A stretch of DNA of 61,561 nt, counting the filler, from Basidioascus undulatus (Eukaryota): the NCBI GenBank assembly GCA_000826855.1. It is 14 parts of 14 records of this genome, joined end to end, with 100 filler letters (N's around TTAATTAATTAA, not from the genome) between each part and the next. Parts side by side here need not be neighbours in the genome. Positions count along the whole stretch, not along the records: positions 58,740 to 61,561 come from JTLS01002635.1; 13 more parts are not named here. One strand, given 5' to 3'. Under the pieces are notes generated by a model. That model saw only the letters and a program-made list of their open reading frames with translations. It had not been told where the DNA came from and searched no databases. Positions 60,657-61,561 of this stretch are shown here, one piece after another. A program made the position numbers and the translations under genes. Each line of letters opens with the position of its first letter. The first letter of the stretch is position 1.

Positions 60657-61561
60657 ATGGCCCCCGTCCAACTAGCAGTGTACGACCTCTCGCGCGGGCT
60701 GGCCGCCCAGCTGTCGGTGCCTCTCACGGGCAAATACATAGAGGGGATCTGGCATACCGCGGTATTGGTGTGTTCAAAACCTCATCTTTTCCTCTATCTC
60801 ACGTTTCGACTCACCGATCTCGCACGCCCAGGCATTCGGCAAAGAGGTCCGCTGGCTCTTCGTGTGGTGGCTACGCTGGCAGGCAGCTGATCTTTGTACG
60901 GCGCACCAGGTCTTCTTCGGGCAGGGGATCTTCATCACGAAACCGGGGACGACGCACCACGGCCAGCCGATGAGGGTGCATGATATGGGGGACACGGGCA
61001 TCGGTGAGGGTTTGCTCGTCCTCAGCATGTCACACCAGAGGCGGCGGGAGCTGATGGTTTGGCGGGGCGCAAGATGAGGAGACCTTCTTGGAGTACATCG
61101 AAGAGCTGAGGACTGTGTACACTGCGGAAAAGGTGAGAGGGGTTGTTAAATATGGTGGATGAAAGGAGGGCGGGCTCGATGCTGATGCTGGGTGGTTCTT
61201 GAACAGTATCACCTGCTTGAGTAGGTTCTGCCACGTTGGACTATGATCCTTGGAGTAATCAGACTGACGTGCGGTGGCTATTGCAGCCACAACTGCAACC
61301 ACTTCAGCGCAGACGTGATCGGCTTCCTAACGGGCGCTACCATCCCATCCTACATCTCCGGTCCGTCCATCTTCCATTTGATCTCCCTTCCGAAGCGCAC
61401 ATTCACATATGGTCGCCCACACGCACAGACCTCCCCAGCGACTTCCTTTCCACCCCCTTCGGGCAGATGATCCGCCCCCAAATCGACCAGATGTTCCGCT
61501 CGGCCGGTCCCTCCCCCATCCCCACCTCCGCCGCGTGCCACTCTAACGCGCAGCTCCACAA
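60657..61561 (+). CDS. PPPDE/DeSI family desumoylating or deubiquitinating peptidase, 3'-partial
   Basis: [81 protein letters not shown], with catalytic His (WHT) and Cys (NCN). Confidence 0.93.

Noticed and set aside
1..61561. CRISPR arrays, rRNA, spliceosomal snRNAs, riboswitches
   Set aside because: I saw no repeat-spacer array or diagnostic conserved motifs by eye. An Rfam scan would be needed to exclude small ncRNAs such as snoRNAs.

Overview
Eukaryotic, intron-rich, GC-rich fungal DNA (basidiomycete-like splice signals; Pucciniomycotina is plausible but unproven). The window is not contiguous: 14 contigs are joined by artificial 100-nt linkers (N44-TTAATTAATTAA-N44). Thirteen are about 2.82-2.84 kb and one is 23.5 kb (20517-44017). 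Recognisable genes: a D-2-hydroxyacid dehydrogenase fragment, MGR2/Romo1, RHO1, a SYLF/Ysc84 protein, TRM61/GCD14, PP2C (Ptc2/3), RCY1, MET6, SDA1, a DUF1295-like gene and a PPPDE/DeSI peptidase. There are four conventional tRNA genes: Ser-AGA and Pro-CGG with introns, Asn-GTT, and a truncated Lys-CTT. Several accessory genes are broken: a DHA2 MFS transporter, an AA9 LPMO with an internal inversion, a STL1-like sugar porter, a Gfo/Idh/MocA oxidoreductase and an F-box-like gene. One contig is a CpG-depleted transposon relic. The most striking feature is an apparent circularly permuted tRNA gene at 58740-58809 (minus strand), probably Arg-ACG. Its 3' half lies directly upstream of its 5' half, and its leader carries an A-box-like element and an anticodon-complementary segment. 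All family assignments are from motif recognition by eye, not database searches.
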